Positions 18,178 to 27,683 of a DNA stretch of 64,000 nt are shown one piece after another (within the stretch, counting starts at the first letter, position 1; every line of letters starts with the position of its first letter). The position numbers were made by a program, and so were the translations under genes. Source of the stretch: Bacteroidales bacterium (GTDB lineage: Bacteria; Bacteroidota; Bacteroidia; Bacteroidales; UBA3824); the NCBI GenBank assembly GCA_024413595.1, contig JAKSUC010000006.1:2339-66338 (forward strand), written 5' to 3'. The notes below the pieces were generated by a model, which did no database searches, was not told where the DNA came from, and worked only from the letters and a program-made list of their open reading frames with translations.

Positions 18178-19728
18178 TTTCTTGGGTAATGGCGAACCAT
18201 TTACTTTTACTATTTCTCCCTGCGAATAGTCTATCTCATCTTCTAGGTAACCATCTTCGCTGTAGTATCGCCAAATTCCGTGTTGATTTCCCGACATATA
18301 ATTGCCTTCTTTCATAATTTTGCCTGTTGGATAATACTCTACATATTTCCCATGAATAAATCCTTGCAAATATGATGTTTCTATTTTTTTTCTTTTATCG
18401 TTTCGATAATAAACTTTGTAATCGCCATGCAATTGGTCGTCGCTATAATTTTCAAATATTTCTACATCTCCGTTTTTTATTTTCCAAAGTCCTGTTTTTT
18501 CTCCTTCTACAAATGTTCCTAATTCGAGTGTATCTCCTAAAATATCAAATTCACAATATTCGCCATCCTCTTTGCCTTGATAAAATGTTTCGTGTCGACG
18601 TATTTTGCCATTTTCATAATACCAAATCCATTCGCCTTCTGGTTTGCCATTTTTGTAAACTCCTTTTTGCTCTAGATTTCCATTTGGAAAATAAAAATTC
18701 CATTCTCCTTCGCGATTTCCTGCTTTATAAGAGCCTTTTCCTGATATTGAACCTTTTTCATCATATAATGTCCATTTTCCTTGTTCGCGACCTTTTCCGT
18801 CTACTATTCCGTCGGCTATTTTAACTCCATTATCATCATAGGTTGATGAACTTTTGATTTTTCCTTTTTCATTGTAAGTTCTATGAATTCCTACAGGTTT
18901 ATCATTTTTGAAACCGCCACTTGATTTTATTGTTCCATCAGAATAATAATCATTTTTAAGTGTTACACTTTCTTTTGAACTTGACGATAATTTGTTTTTT
19001 TCTTCTTTTTGTATTTCTCCATTGATATATCTTTCTATTGAGATTTCTTTGCCTTTGGTATCAAATTCTCGTTTATAACCATTTAGTTTGTCATCTTTGT
19101 AATAACACTCTGTTTTTACTTGAAAATCAGGATAAAACGTTTGCCACAAGCCTTGACGGTTACCTTTATCGTCAATTCTATTTATAATGTTTTTATCTAC
19201 CAATCTATTTTGTTTATATTGTAGTATGGCTATAACAACTCCATCTTTATTAAATTGATAACCAGTTCCTTGTTTATAATCATCTTTATATGGTATTTGA
19301 TTTTCAATCTGTCCATTTTTAAAATATGTTATTGAATTGCCTTGGCGTTTATCATTTACATATAACTCTTTGGTAGATGGTATATTATGATGAATTGTAT
19401 CATTAAAACTTGTATATGTTATTTGATAACCATTTTTCTTATCATAATTATAATTTATGATTGAAGTTGTATCTCCTGTTTCATCAAAAAATATCCAAGT
19501 GCTATCTAATTGAAAATTAGACCTATTACCAGCAGATTTTAGTTTGCCATTAGGATAATATGTTTTCCAAAATCCATCTGGCTTTCCATCTTTTAAGGTT
19601 CCTTCACTTGATATTCCTCCTTCGGGATAATAAAAGGTATTATATCCATTAGGATTGATATTATTCTGTCCAACTGCTATTTGATAGAGTAGGAGAGTGG
19701 TGGACAATAATAATAAATATTTTTTCAT
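18175..19728 (-). CDS. Secreted MORN-repeat-variant (YwqK-like) protein, long paralog
   Basis: About 517 aa from the ATG at 19728, with signal peptide MKKYLLLLSTTLLLYQIAVGQ. It has about 18 iterated G.W..YY.NG.....G.Y..GK..G units. Confidence 0.7.
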   Translation of the reverse strand: MKKYLLLLSTTLLLYQIAVGQNNINPNGYNTFYYPEGGISSEGTLKDGKPDGFWKTYYPNGKLKSAGNRSNFQLDSTWIFFDETGDTTSIINYNYDKKNGYQITYTSFNDTIHHNIPSTKELYVNDKRQGNSITYFKNGQIENQIPYKDDYKQGTGYQFNKDGVVIAILQYKQNRLVDKNIINRIDDKGNRQGLWQTFYPDFQVKTECYYKDDKLNGYKREFDTKGKEISIERYINGEIQKEEKNKLSSSSKESVTLKNDYYSDGTIKSSGGFKNDKPVGIHRTYNEKGKIKSSSTYDDNGVKIADGIVDGKGREQGKWTLYDEKGSISGKGSYKAGNREGEWNFYFPNGNLEQKGVYKNGKPEGEWIWYYENGKIRRHETFYQGKEDGEYCEFDILGDTLELGTFVEGEKTGLWKIKNGDVEIFENYSDDQLHGDYKVYYRNDKRKKIETSYLQGFIHGKYVEYYPTGKIMKEGNYMSGNQHGIWRYYSEDGYLEDEIDYSQGEIVKVNGSPLPKK

Positions 19729-19753
19729 CACTTGAATATTTTTTGTTTTAATG

Positions 19754-20743
19754 TTATTTACTCATTTCCAACATTCTATTTATGCTTGATAATGCTTTAT
19801 TTGCTAATGTTGGTTCTACAAACACTTCTGGCAATTCATATTTTAAGGTTAAATAGATATTTTCCAAAGTATTTTTCTTCATATCAAAACATTGATTTAT
19901 TGTATTATCATTACTTTTTGACAATACTGGATAAAATTCTTTGTTTGGACATTGCTTCTTCATTTCATACAAAATTCCTGGTTCTGTGGCTATTATAAAT
20001 TTTTGAGTTTTGCTTTCTATTGAATGTTTAAGCAATGCTGATGTTGCTCCAATATAAGATGCTAAATCTAAAATTTCTGCTGGACATTCTGGATGTGCCA
20101 ATACTTCAGCCTCTGGATTTTGTTGTTTTAATTTTTTGATGTGTTCTACTGAAAAATTTCCGTGAACATGACAACCTCCGTTCCAAATTACCATATTTTC
20201 GTGACCAGTAACTTTTTTCACGTATGCACCTAAATTTTTGTCTGGCCCGAAAATTATTTTTTCGTCTTTTGGTAATGAATTTACTATTTTTACTGCATTT
20301 GACGATGTACAAACTATATCGCTCATAGCTTTTATTTCTGCAGTTGTGTTTACGTATGAAATAACAGTATAACCAGGATATTGTTTTAAAAATTCGGCAA
20401 AAACTTTTTCATTTACTGAGTCGGCAAGTGAACAACCTGTTTCACTATCTGGAATTAAAACTTTCTTATTAGGACTCAATATTTTAGCAGTTTCAGCCAT
20501 AAAATGAACACCTGCAAAAACTATTATATCAGCATCATTTGCCGCAGCTTTTTGCGAAAGTCCTAAACTATCACCAGTATAATCTGCTATTTCTTGAACT
20601 TCGTCGTTTGTGTAGTAATGAGCTAGAATTATTGCATTTTTTTCCTTTTTCATTTTTGCAATTTCTGAACGCAAATCTAAACTTGGATCAATAGGCATTT
20701 CAATGTGACCGTTTTTCAACATTGGTTTATCTTCTTTATTCAT
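19754..20743 (-). CDS. nadA: Quinolinate synthase
   Basis: 329 aa with ILAHYYTNDEVQEIADYTGDSLGLS, FAGVHFMAETAKIL, SYVNTTAEIKA and HPECP motifs. Confidence 0.9.
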   Translation of the reverse strand: MNKEDKPMLKNGHIEMPIDPSLDLRSEIAKMKKEKNAIILAHYYTNDEVQEIADYTGDSLGLSQKAAANDADIIVFAGVHFMAETAKILSPNKKVLIPDSETGCSLADSVNEKVFAEFLKQYPGYTVISYVNTTAEIKAMSDIVCTSSNAVKIVNSLPKDEKIIFGPDKNLGAYVKKVTGHENMVIWNGGCHVHGNFSVEHIKKLKQQNPEAEVLAHPECPAEILDLASYIGATSALLKHSIESKTQKFIIATEPGILYEMKKQCPNKEFYPVLSKSNDNTINQCFDMKKNTLENIYLTLKYELPEVFVEPTLANKALSSINRMLEMSK

Positions 20744-20830
20744 TATTATTAAATATTTTAAATTAATTATTCTTTTTAATGTTTATTTATAGCTGTTAAT
20801 TGCGTTGATAATTTTTTTCTATATTTTTTG

Positions 20831-20839
20831 TTATTCACA
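20831..20839 (+). promoter_or_regulatory. DnaA-box-like 9-mer TTATTCACA (1 mismatch to TTATCCACA)
   Basis: Read directly from the sequence. Confidence 0.35.
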
Positions 20840-21020
20840 ATATTTTTGTTTTTTCAACTTCTTGTTAACAACTTTCTTTTTTTAATTATTTTATTTTCTT
20901 TTATTTACAAACTTTATTAACAATTGTTGATTTCTCATCTCTTTTTATTTTTGTTAATAAGTTTTTTTCAACAATTCTATTTTTTTCTATGTTGAAAACT
21001 TGTTTTTATTTTTTCAAAAT

Positions 21021-21029
21021 TGTGGATAA
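21021..21029 (-). promoter_or_regulatory. Perfect consensus DnaA box (TGTGGATAA on plus, TTATCCACA on minus)
   Basis: Read directly from the sequence. Confidence 0.45.
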
Positions 21030-21067
21030 TTTTTGAATTTCGGATATTTTTTGGTCTTTTTCTTTAG

Positions 21068-21076
21068 TTTTCCACA
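21068..21076 (+). promoter_or_regulatory. DnaA-box-like 9-mer TTTTCCACA (1 mismatch)
   Basis: Read directly from the sequence. Confidence 0.35.
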
Positions 21077-21211
21077 TTTATTAAACTTACAATTAACATA
21101 ATTATTAACATCATTGTTAATAACTTTTACAAGTTATTGTTTTCTCGTTTTTTATGTTGTTTTTTTTATGTTTCTTTCTTTCTTTTAAATATTTAATTTT
21201 CAAATATTTGT

Positions 21212-21219
21212 TATTTTTG
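21212..21219 (+). promoter_or_regulatory. -7 box TATTTTTG upstream of rpiB, followed by the inverted repeat AGTTGAAA-tagt-TTTCAACT (21221-21240)
   Basis: Matches TAnnTTTG, 64 nt upstream of the ATG at 21283. The perfect 8-bp inverted repeat sits at the predicted transcript 5' end. Confidence 0.4.
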
Positions 21220-21282
21220 CAGTTGAAATAGTTTTCAACTATAATTTATTGTAATTTTTAAAACTTTATCATATATTAAATT

Positions 21283-21723
21283 ATGAAAATTTCTAAGTTA
21301 TTTATGGCTTCTGACCATGCTGGTTATGAGCTTAAATTATTTTTAAAAGACTTTTTGGCTAATAAAGGTTTTATTATCGAAGATTTAGGTACTAATTCTC
21401 CTGATAGTTGTGATTATGCTGATTTTGCTCATCCTTTAGCTATCAATGTTGAAAATAATACTGATTGTTTCGGTATTACTATTTGTGGCAGTGGCAATGG
21501 TATTTGTATGACTGCAAACAAACATCAAGGTATTCGTAGTGCTTTGTGTTGGAATGCTGAAATTGCTCGTCTTGCTCGTGCTCACAATAATGCTAATGTT
21601 CTTTCAATTCCTGCTCGTTTTGTTTCTAAAGATGAAGCTATTCAAATTTTAGAAGCTTTCTTGTCTACAGAATTTGACGGTGGTCGTCATCAGCGTAGAA
21701 TTGAAAAAATTCCTGTTGCTTAA
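21283..21723 (+). CDS. rpiB: Ribose-5-phosphate isomerase B
   Basis: 146 aa with MASDHAGYELK, CGSGNGICMTANKHQGIRSALCWN and ARLARAHNNANVLSIPARF. Confidence 0.92.
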   Translation: MKISKLFMASDHAGYELKLFLKDFLANKGFIIEDLGTNSPDSCDYADFAHPLAINVENNTDCFGITICGSGNGICMTANKHQGIRSALCWNAEIARLARAHNNANVLSIPARFVSKDEAIQILEAFLSTEFDGGRHQRRIEKIPVA

Positions 21724-22090
21724 TGCCAAAAAATTTTTTCTTTATTAATATTTTTAATATAAATATTCCTGCTATTGTGCCGATTATATCTGCTATTAAA
21801 TCATTTAGTTCACATCCGCGATATGGCAGGAATTTTTGTATTATTTCTATTATTCCACCATATAATCCACAAATAATCATTGTTTTAATTATTTTTGTTT
21901 GGTTAAATACTTTTTTTTCAAACATTATTAAAAAACTTAATATTTCAAATATTCCAAAATGAATTATTTTGTCTAAATATGGTATTTGCAATTTGGGTGT
22001 GGTATCTTCTGTAAAATGATATGTACAACCTATCATCATGATTATTGCCCAAATTATACTTAATTTATATTTTTTTATTTTTTCTGTCAT
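21665..22090 (-). CDS. VanZ-family membrane protein
   Basis: 141 aa with 4 TM segments, DKIIHFGIFEILSF and IIEIIQKFLPYRGCELNDLIADIIGTIAG. Its 3' end overlaps the rpiB 3' end by 59 nt. Confidence 0.7.
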   Translation of the reverse strand: MTEKIKKYKLSIIWAIIMMIGCTYHFTEDTTPKLQIPYLDKIIHFGIFEILSFLIMFEKKVFNQTKIIKTMIICGLYGGIIEIIQKFLPYRGCELNDLIADIIGTIAGIFILKILIKKKFFGIKQQEFFQFYADDDHRQIL

Positions 22091-23210
22091 GGCTGGTATT
22101 TATATTCATGTTCCATTTTGTGTTAAAAAATGTGGTTATTGCGATTTTTATTCTATTCGCTTTTGCAAAGATAGTTCTTTTGTTAATCAATATGTAAATT
22201 CTATTGAAAAAGAAATTGTTAATAATGCTTATATTTTTAATAATCAATCTATTGACACTATTTATATTGGTGGGGGGACTCCTTCTATTTTGCCTTTTAA
22301 TATTATTGAGTCTTTTTTAGTTTTAATTTCTAATCATTATAATATTTCTAAAAATTTTGAATGTACTATCGAGATTAATCCAGAACATGCTACAAATCAA
22401 TATTTTAATAATTTAAAATCTTCTGATTTTATTAATCGTTTAAGTACAGGTTTTCAAGCTATGAATGATGATGGTCTTAAATATTTAGGTAGAAATCATT
22501 CTGTTTCTGATAATTATCGTTATTTAGATTTATGCGAAAAATTCAATTTTTCTAATTTTTCTGTTGATTATATTTTTGGTTATGAAATTTTAACTTTATC
22601 TGAAATTGAACGTAGTTTTAAGATTTTATCTGATTTAAATATTCCTCATATTTCTGCTTATAGTCTTGGTATTGAAGAAAATACACCTTTTTATAAAAAA
22701 CTTGAATTAGGTAAAATTCATAAAATTGATGATGATAAATATTTAGAACAATTTAAATTTATTCATAATTTTTTAATTAATCATGGTTATGAACATTATG
22801 AAATTTCTAATTATTCTCTACCAAATAAATTTTCTCGTCATAATTCTAATTATTGGAATTTTGTACCATATTTAGGATTTGGTCCATCAGCTCATTCTTA
22901 TTATAATAATTCAAGAAAGTGGAATGTCCGTAATCTTAAACAGTATGTTACTTTTGAAAATTTTTCTGAAACTGAATTTTTAAACATTCAAGATATTTAT
23001 AATGAATATATTATGTTACGTTTTAGAACTTTTGATGGGTTAGATGTAAATTATGTTGAAAAGAATTTTCCTCAATTTATTACATCGTTTTACAACAATT
23101 TAAATCGTAATGATTTAAAACAATATTTTGTATTTAATAAAAATAAAGTCCATCTTACATTAGACGGACTTTTTATTTCAGATTACATTATTTCAGAATT
23201 TTTTGTTTAA
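22089..23210 (+). CDS. hemW: Radical SAM heme chaperone HemW (coproporphyrinogen III oxidase-like)
   Basis: The start at ATG 22089 gives MAGIYIHVPFCVKKCGYCDFYS (CxxxCxxC). The protein also has GGGTPS and a HemN_C-like tail. Confidence 0.88.
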   Translation: MAGIYIHVPFCVKKCGYCDFYSIRFCKDSSFVNQYVNSIEKEIVNNAYIFNNQSIDTIYIGGGTPSILPFNIIESFLVLISNHYNISKNFECTIEINPEHATNQYFNNLKSSDFINRLSTGFQAMNDDGLKYLGRNHSVSDNYRYLDLCEKFNFSNFSVDYIFGYEILTLSEIERSFKILSDLNIPHISAYSLGIEENTPFYKKLELGKIHKIDDDKYLEQFKFIHNFLINHGYEHYEISNYSLPNKFSRHNSNYWNFVPYLGFGPSAHSYYNNSRKWNVRNLKQYVTFENFSETEFLNIQDIYNEYIMLRFRTFDGLDVNYVEKNFPQFITSFYNNLNRNDLKQYFVFNKNKVHLTLDGLFISDYIISEFFV

Positions 23211-23935
23211 ATCTTTATTCTTAAACTTATTTCTGTTGTCATATCCTTTTTCTTATAATTGTCGTTTGGCAATTCACTTCTATATTCATATTCAAATGAG
23301 ATATCTAAATACATTTTTTGACTTATTTTATTTTCTATTTTCGTTGTACTTTGAATTATATAATCATTCCAGTCTTTTAATAACGGTTGATAAAATGTAT
23401 AGTGAACCAAAGTTACTACATTTCCTAGTTTTTGTTTAATTTTTGGTCTTAATGATAATCTATAATATTCCATTTTTAATTTATCTTCTTCTGTTGTATA
23501 ATTTACATAATCGTATGTCAATGCCAAACTTATTGAATAATCAGAAGTATCTTTTTTTTGATAAATTCTCATTTTTGAACCAATTAAAGAACTTAATTTA
23601 AAATCATATCCTTTGTATTTGTTTGTTATATACTCAGTTGAAAAAAATGGCGAAAATCTATCATATTGAAAAAAATCAAATTTTATTTCTCCATTTAATC
23701 CTTTATTTGTTTCAACGCTATCTTCTTTGCTGTATAACAATTTGTAATTAGCTGTAAATGTTAACAAACTATCATTTCTAGTTGCATTTCCAGAGTTTTT
23801 TAAATTTGTATTATTTACATTTCCTGAATTGTAACTTCCACCAATTTCAAATTCATAATTCCATTTTTTTTGTGCTTCTAAGCTGTTGATTATAAATAAT
23901 GTACTCATTATTAATATTATTCTTTGTATTTTCAT
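23207..23935 (-). CDS. DUF481-like outer-membrane beta-barrel protein
   Basis: 242 aa with a signal peptide ending NSLEAQ, an alternating beta-strand pattern and GGSYNSGNVNNTNL..SGNA. The family call comes from memory only. Confidence 0.5.
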   Translation of the reverse strand: MKIQRIILIMSTLFIINSLEAQKKWNYEFEIGGSYNSGNVNNTNLKNSGNATRNDSLLTFTANYKLLYSKEDSVETNKGLNGEIKFDFFQYDRFSPFFSTEYITNKYKGYDFKLSSLIGSKMRIYQKKDTSDYSISLALTYDYVNYTTEEDKLKMEYYRLSLRPKIKQKLGNVVTLVHYTFYQPLLKDWNDYIIQSTTKIENKISQKMYLDISFEYEYRSELPNDNYKKKDMTTEISLRIKI

Positions 23936-23951
23936 TTTTTTATTTTTTTTG

Positions 23952-23959
23952 CAAAAATA
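23952..23959 (-). promoter_or_regulatory. -7 box TATTTTTG for the DUF481-like gene
   Basis: Plus strand caaaaata, 17 nt upstream of the ATG (23935). Confidence 0.4.
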
Positions 23960-23973
23960 GTCATTTTTATTAA

Positions 23974-23981
23974 TAACTTTG
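23974..23981 (+). promoter_or_regulatory. -7 box TAACTTTG for the flippase gene
   Basis: Matches TAnnTTTG, 16 nt upstream of the ATG at 23997. Confidence 0.4.
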
Positions 23982-23996
23982 TAAAAATTTTGTTTT

Positions 23997-25508
23997 ATGG
24001 GAAATATTAAACAGCTTGCAAGTCAGACTTTTATTTATGGTTTAAGTTCTATTGTTGGTCGACTTTTGAATTATCTTTTAGTTCCTTTTTATACTCGTGT
24101 TTTTGAAAAATCTGAGTATGGAACTGTTACTGAAATGTATACTTACGTTACATTCTTGATGATTTTTCTAACTTATGGCATGGAAACTGGTTTTTTCAAG
24201 TTTTCTAAAACCGAACAAGATAAGGATAAATTATATTCTACTTCTTTTATATCTTTGTTAATTACGAGTTCTATTTTTATTGCTTTTGGACTTTTTTTCG
24301 CTCCAAATATTGCTAATTTACTTAATTATCAAGATCATGTTTATTATATTTCTTTTTTCATAATAATTTTAGGTGTTGATGCTTTAACGTCAATTCCATT
24401 TGCTCGTCTTCGTCAATTAAACAAACCTATAAAATTTGCTGTTTATAAATTAGTTAACATTTGTACTAATATATTTTTCAATTTATTTTTTATACTTTGG
24501 TTACCTTCTTTAGCTGAGAAATTTGAATTTTTTAATTCAATTTATGATCCTTCAATACGCGTTGGATATATTTTCTTATCAAATTTGATAGCAAGTGTTG
24601 TTTCTTTAGTAATGTTTCTACCAGATTTTTTTAAAATTAAGATAAATTTTTCTCCAACACTTTTAAAATCAATGTTGTTATATTCTTTACCATTACTTGT
24701 TTCTGGTTTAGCAGGTCAAATTAATGAATTTTTTGATCGTATTTCTATCAATTGTTTTTTAACAGTTCCAGAAGGTGTAGCTGATCCTAATCAATTTAAA
24801 CTTAGTGTTTTAGGAATTTATGGTGCAAATGCAAAAATTGCCGTTTTTATGACATTATTTATTCAATGTTTTAGATATGCTGCTGATCCTTTTTTCTTTT
24901 CTAATCAAGGTCAATCTAATTTTAATGAATTATTTGCCAATGTTAATAAATATTTATTAGCTTTTGGTTTATTTATCTTTTTATTTATAATTTATTATCT
25001 AGATTTTTTTAAATATTTTATTGGACCTGAATTTTGGGATGGTTTAAAAGTTGTTCCAATGTTATTATTTGGACATTTATTAGTTGGTTTAATTTACATT
25101 CAATCATTTTGGTATAAATTAAAATTTCTAACTAAATATGGTATAATCATTTTCGTTATTGGTTCTATTATTACAATAATTTTAAATGTAGTTTTAGTTC
25201 CTATTTGGGGATATATGGCTTGTGCTTTTGCTAATAATGTTTGTTATTTAACTATGTTATTAATAACATTTTTCTGGGGACGTAAACATCTTCCTTGTAA
25301 ATATGATTTTAAATCTATGATTTTATATTTTATTTTAGCAATAGTTCTTTACATTCCAACTTTTTTTACTACTGAACTTTCTTTAACTTTGAGAGTTACA
25401 ATACATACAGTTTTATTATTTATTTTTGTTTTAGTAGTTTTCAAAAATGAAAATCTTTCAGTTGAACTAAAAAAATTAATTTCAAAATTTATTAAAACAA
25501 AGAAATGA
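23997..25508 (+). CDS. MOP-superfamily polysaccharide/oligosaccharide flippase (Wzx-like)
   Basis: 503 aa with about 14 TM segments. The N-terminus QTFIYGLSSIVGRLLNYLLVPFYTRVF is typical of polysaccharide biosynthesis flippases found upstream of dut in Bacteroidota. Confidence 0.7.
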   Translation: MGNIKQLASQTFIYGLSSIVGRLLNYLLVPFYTRVFEKSEYGTVTEMYTYVTFLMIFLTYGMETGFFKFSKTEQDKDKLYSTSFISLLITSSIFIAFGLFFAPNIANLLNYQDHVYYISFFIIILGVDALTSIPFARLRQLNKPIKFAVYKLVNICTNIFFNLFFILWLPSLAEKFEFFNSIYDPSIRVGYIFLSNLIASVVSLVMFLPDFFKIKINFSPTLLKSMLLYSLPLLVSGLAGQINEFFDRISINCFLTVPEGVADPNQFKLSVLGIYGANAKIAVFMTLFIQCFRYAADPFFFSNQGQSNFNELFANVNKYLLAFGLFIFLFIIYYLDFFKYFIGPEFWDGLKVVPMLLFGHLLVGLIYIQSFWYKLKFLTKYGIIIFVIGSIITIILNVVLVPIWGYMACAFANNVCYLTMLLITFFWGRKHLPCKYDFKSMILYFILAIVLYIPTFFTTELSLTLRVTIHTVLLFIFVLVVFKNENLSVELKKLISKFIKTKK

Positions 25509-25513
25509 TTTAT

Positions 25514-25521
25514 TATTTTTG
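25514..25521 (+). promoter_or_regulatory. -7 box TATTTTTG upstream of dut
   Basis: Matches TAnnTTTG, 41 nt upstream of the ATG at 25562. Confidence 0.4.
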
Positions 25522-25561
25522 CTAACTGTTTTACAATTTAGTTTTAAATTAAATTTTATTT

Positions 25562-25993
25562 ATGAAAATCAAAGTTGTTAATAAAAGTAAAAATCCTTTA
25601 CCTAAATATTCAACAGAATATTCTAGTGGAATGGATTTATGTGCAAATATTGATAATGATTTAATAATTAAACCTTTACAACGAATTCTAGTCCCAACAG
25701 GATTATATTTAGAAATTCCAGAAGGTTATGAAGCTCAAATACGTCCTCGTAGTGGATTAGCAATTAAATTTGGTATTACAGTTTTAAATACTCCTGGAAC
25801 CATTGATGCAGATTATCGTGGAGAAATTAAAGTTATTCTTGTAAATCTTTCTGATACTGAATTTGTTATTCATAATGGTGATAGAATTTGTCAAATGGTT
25901 TTTTCTAAATTTGAAAAAATTGATTTTCAATTAGTTGAAACTCTTTCTCAATCGGATAGGGGAGAAGGTGGTTTTGGACATACTGGTATATGA
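25562..25993 (+). CDS. dut: dUTP diphosphatase
   Basis: 143 aa with [21 protein letters not shown] and [10 protein letters not shown] motifs. Confidence 0.95.
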   Translation: MKIKVVNKSKNPLPKYSTEYSSGMDLCANIDNDLIIKPLQRILVPTGLYLEIPEGYEAQIRPRSGLAIKFGITVLNTPGTIDADYRGEIKVILVNLSDTEFVIHNGDRICQMVFSKFEKIDFQLVETLSQSDRGEGGFGHTGI

Positions 25994-27678
25994 TTAAATA
26001 CTTTTTGAATATTATTTTTTTTATTTTATTGAGTTATAATAATTCTTTTTCTCAAAATAAATTTTTACAAAGTTCTGACGATGTTGATTTTAAGAATTAT
26101 TTTTCTCAAGCTGGTATTTTTTTGCTAAAATCTCAATCTAATGATGCTTTACAATGCTATAAAAAATGTTTAGAATTAAATTCTAAATCTGCTGCTACTA
26201 ATTTTCAAATTGCAAAAATTTATTATTATTCAGGTGATTATAACGCTGCTGAACTTTTTGCCAAAAATGCTGTTGATTTAAATTCTGATAATGTTTTCTA
26301 TATCAAATTTTTAGCTGATGTTTATTCAAAATTAGGTAATTATAATTTATCTATTTTATATTCTAAAAAAGCTTTAGATAAAGCTCCAACTTACGATAAT
26401 TATAATTTTTTAACTGAACTTTACATTTCAACTAAACAATATAACGAAGCAATTGAACATTTAAATTCATTTGAAAATAATTTTGGATTTGATGTTGACA
26501 TTATAATTCAAAAAGCTGATCTTTTTAGATTGTCTGGAGATTTAAATTCTGCCGAAAAAGAAATTTTACGTTTAATTGATTTCGACTCTTCTAATTTATC
26601 ATTTTATTATTTGCTTTTTGATTTTTATTCTATCACCAATCAATTATCTAAATTTCAAGATGTTGTAAATAAAATGATACAAGTAGACTCTACAAATGGA
26701 TTGTCATATCTCGCTAAGGCTTTAATGTGTCGATCTCGTCTACAGATTGATTGTTTTTATCAAAATCTCGTTGAGTCTTTCAAATCTGATGATATTAAAT
26801 TTTCTCAAAAAATTTTTTATATTTCAAATCTTATAATGGATGATTTGGATTTATCGATTGAACAATTTGAAAATTTATTTTCTGTTTTAGACTCTCAATA
26901 TCACGACTCAATTTCTGTTCATTCAAATTTTGCTGATTTTTATTTAACTCAACATAATTTGCCTAAAGCTATTGAACAACTTAAAATTTGTTTAGATATT
27001 GATAAATCTGATTTTAAAATTTGGAGAAAATTATTTCGTATTTATACTTTAAACGAAGATTATTCTTCTCTTCAAGATTTAGTTGATTTAGCTCTTTCTT
27101 TTTATCCTGAACAATTAGATGTTTATTTATATTCTGCTGTATATAATATTTATAAAAATAACTTAAATGATGCTCGTGATTTTCTTAATCAATCTTTAGA
27201 TTTTGGAATTGAACTTTCTGAGTCTAAGTTTCTTTATTATTTTTATAATGCAATTTGTTTATACAAAGAAAATAATATTGATTTAGCCTTTGAAAATTTT
27301 GATAAATTTTATTCAAATATTAATAATGATTATTTTTTATCATCTCAATATGCCTTTTATTTAATTAATGCAAATAGAAATTTTGATTTAGCTGAAAATA
27401 TTATCAAAAAATGTATTAATTTTGATAATTCTAATTCATATTTTTATTTTGTTTATTCTTTTTACTTTTTGAGAAAGAATGATTTAAAAAGTGCTGTATA
27501 TTTTATTGATAAATCTATTAATTTAGATTTGTCAAATAAATATTATATTTTTGAATTAGCAGGTGATATTTTTTATAAAAATAATAATTTTGAAAAAGCT
27601 AAAGAATATTATAATTTAGCAATTTCACATGGCGGTAACAAATTAAAAATCAGTAATAAAATTAATAAGTGTAATTAA
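25990..27678 (+). CDS. TPR-repeat protein (secreted)
   Basis: 562 aa with a signal peptide. It has many 34-residue A..Y..A......P repeats. Its start overlaps the dut stop (ATGA). Confidence 0.7.
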   Translation: MIKYFLNIIFFILLSYNNSFSQNKFLQSSDDVDFKNYFSQAGIFLLKSQSNDALQCYKKCLELNSKSAATNFQIAKIYYYSGDYNAAELFAKNAVDLNSDNVFYIKFLADVYSKLGNYNLSILYSKKALDKAPTYDNYNFLTELYISTKQYNEAIEHLNSFENNFGFDVDIIIQKADLFRLSGDLNSAEKEILRLIDFDSSNLSFYYLLFDFYSITNQLSKFQDVVNKMIQVDSTNGLSYLAKALMCRSRLQIDCFYQNLVESFKSDDIKFSQKIFYISNLIMDDLDLSIEQFENLFSVLDSQYHDSISVHSNFADFYLTQHNLPKAIEQLKICLDIDKSDFKIWRKLFRIYTLNEDYSSLQDLVDLALSFYPEQLDVYLYSAVYNIYKNNLNDARDFLNQSLDFGIELSESKFLYYFYNAICLYKENNIDLAFENFDKFYSNINNDYFLSSQYAFYLINANRNFDLAENIIKKCINFDNSNSYFYFVYSFYFLRKNDLKSAVYFIDKSINLDLSNKYYIFELAGDIFYKNNNFEKAKEYYNLAISHGGNKLKISNKINKCN

Positions 27679-27683
27679 ATATT

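Larger units (their letters stand above)
20744..21282. other. Unusually long (539 bp) ORF-free, T-over-A skewed spacer between divergent nadA and rpiB, with clustered DnaA-box-like and TTGTTAACA-like 9-mers
   Basis: No ORF of 60 aa or more on either strand. See the individual boxes below and finding 2. Confidence 0.6.

Noticed and set aside
20744-21000. NAD+ (nadA-motif) riboswitch or other structured leader upstream of nadA
   Set aside because: The nadA 5' region is almost pure A/T with no conserved GC-containing stems. I could fold nothing resembling a riboswitch aptamer.
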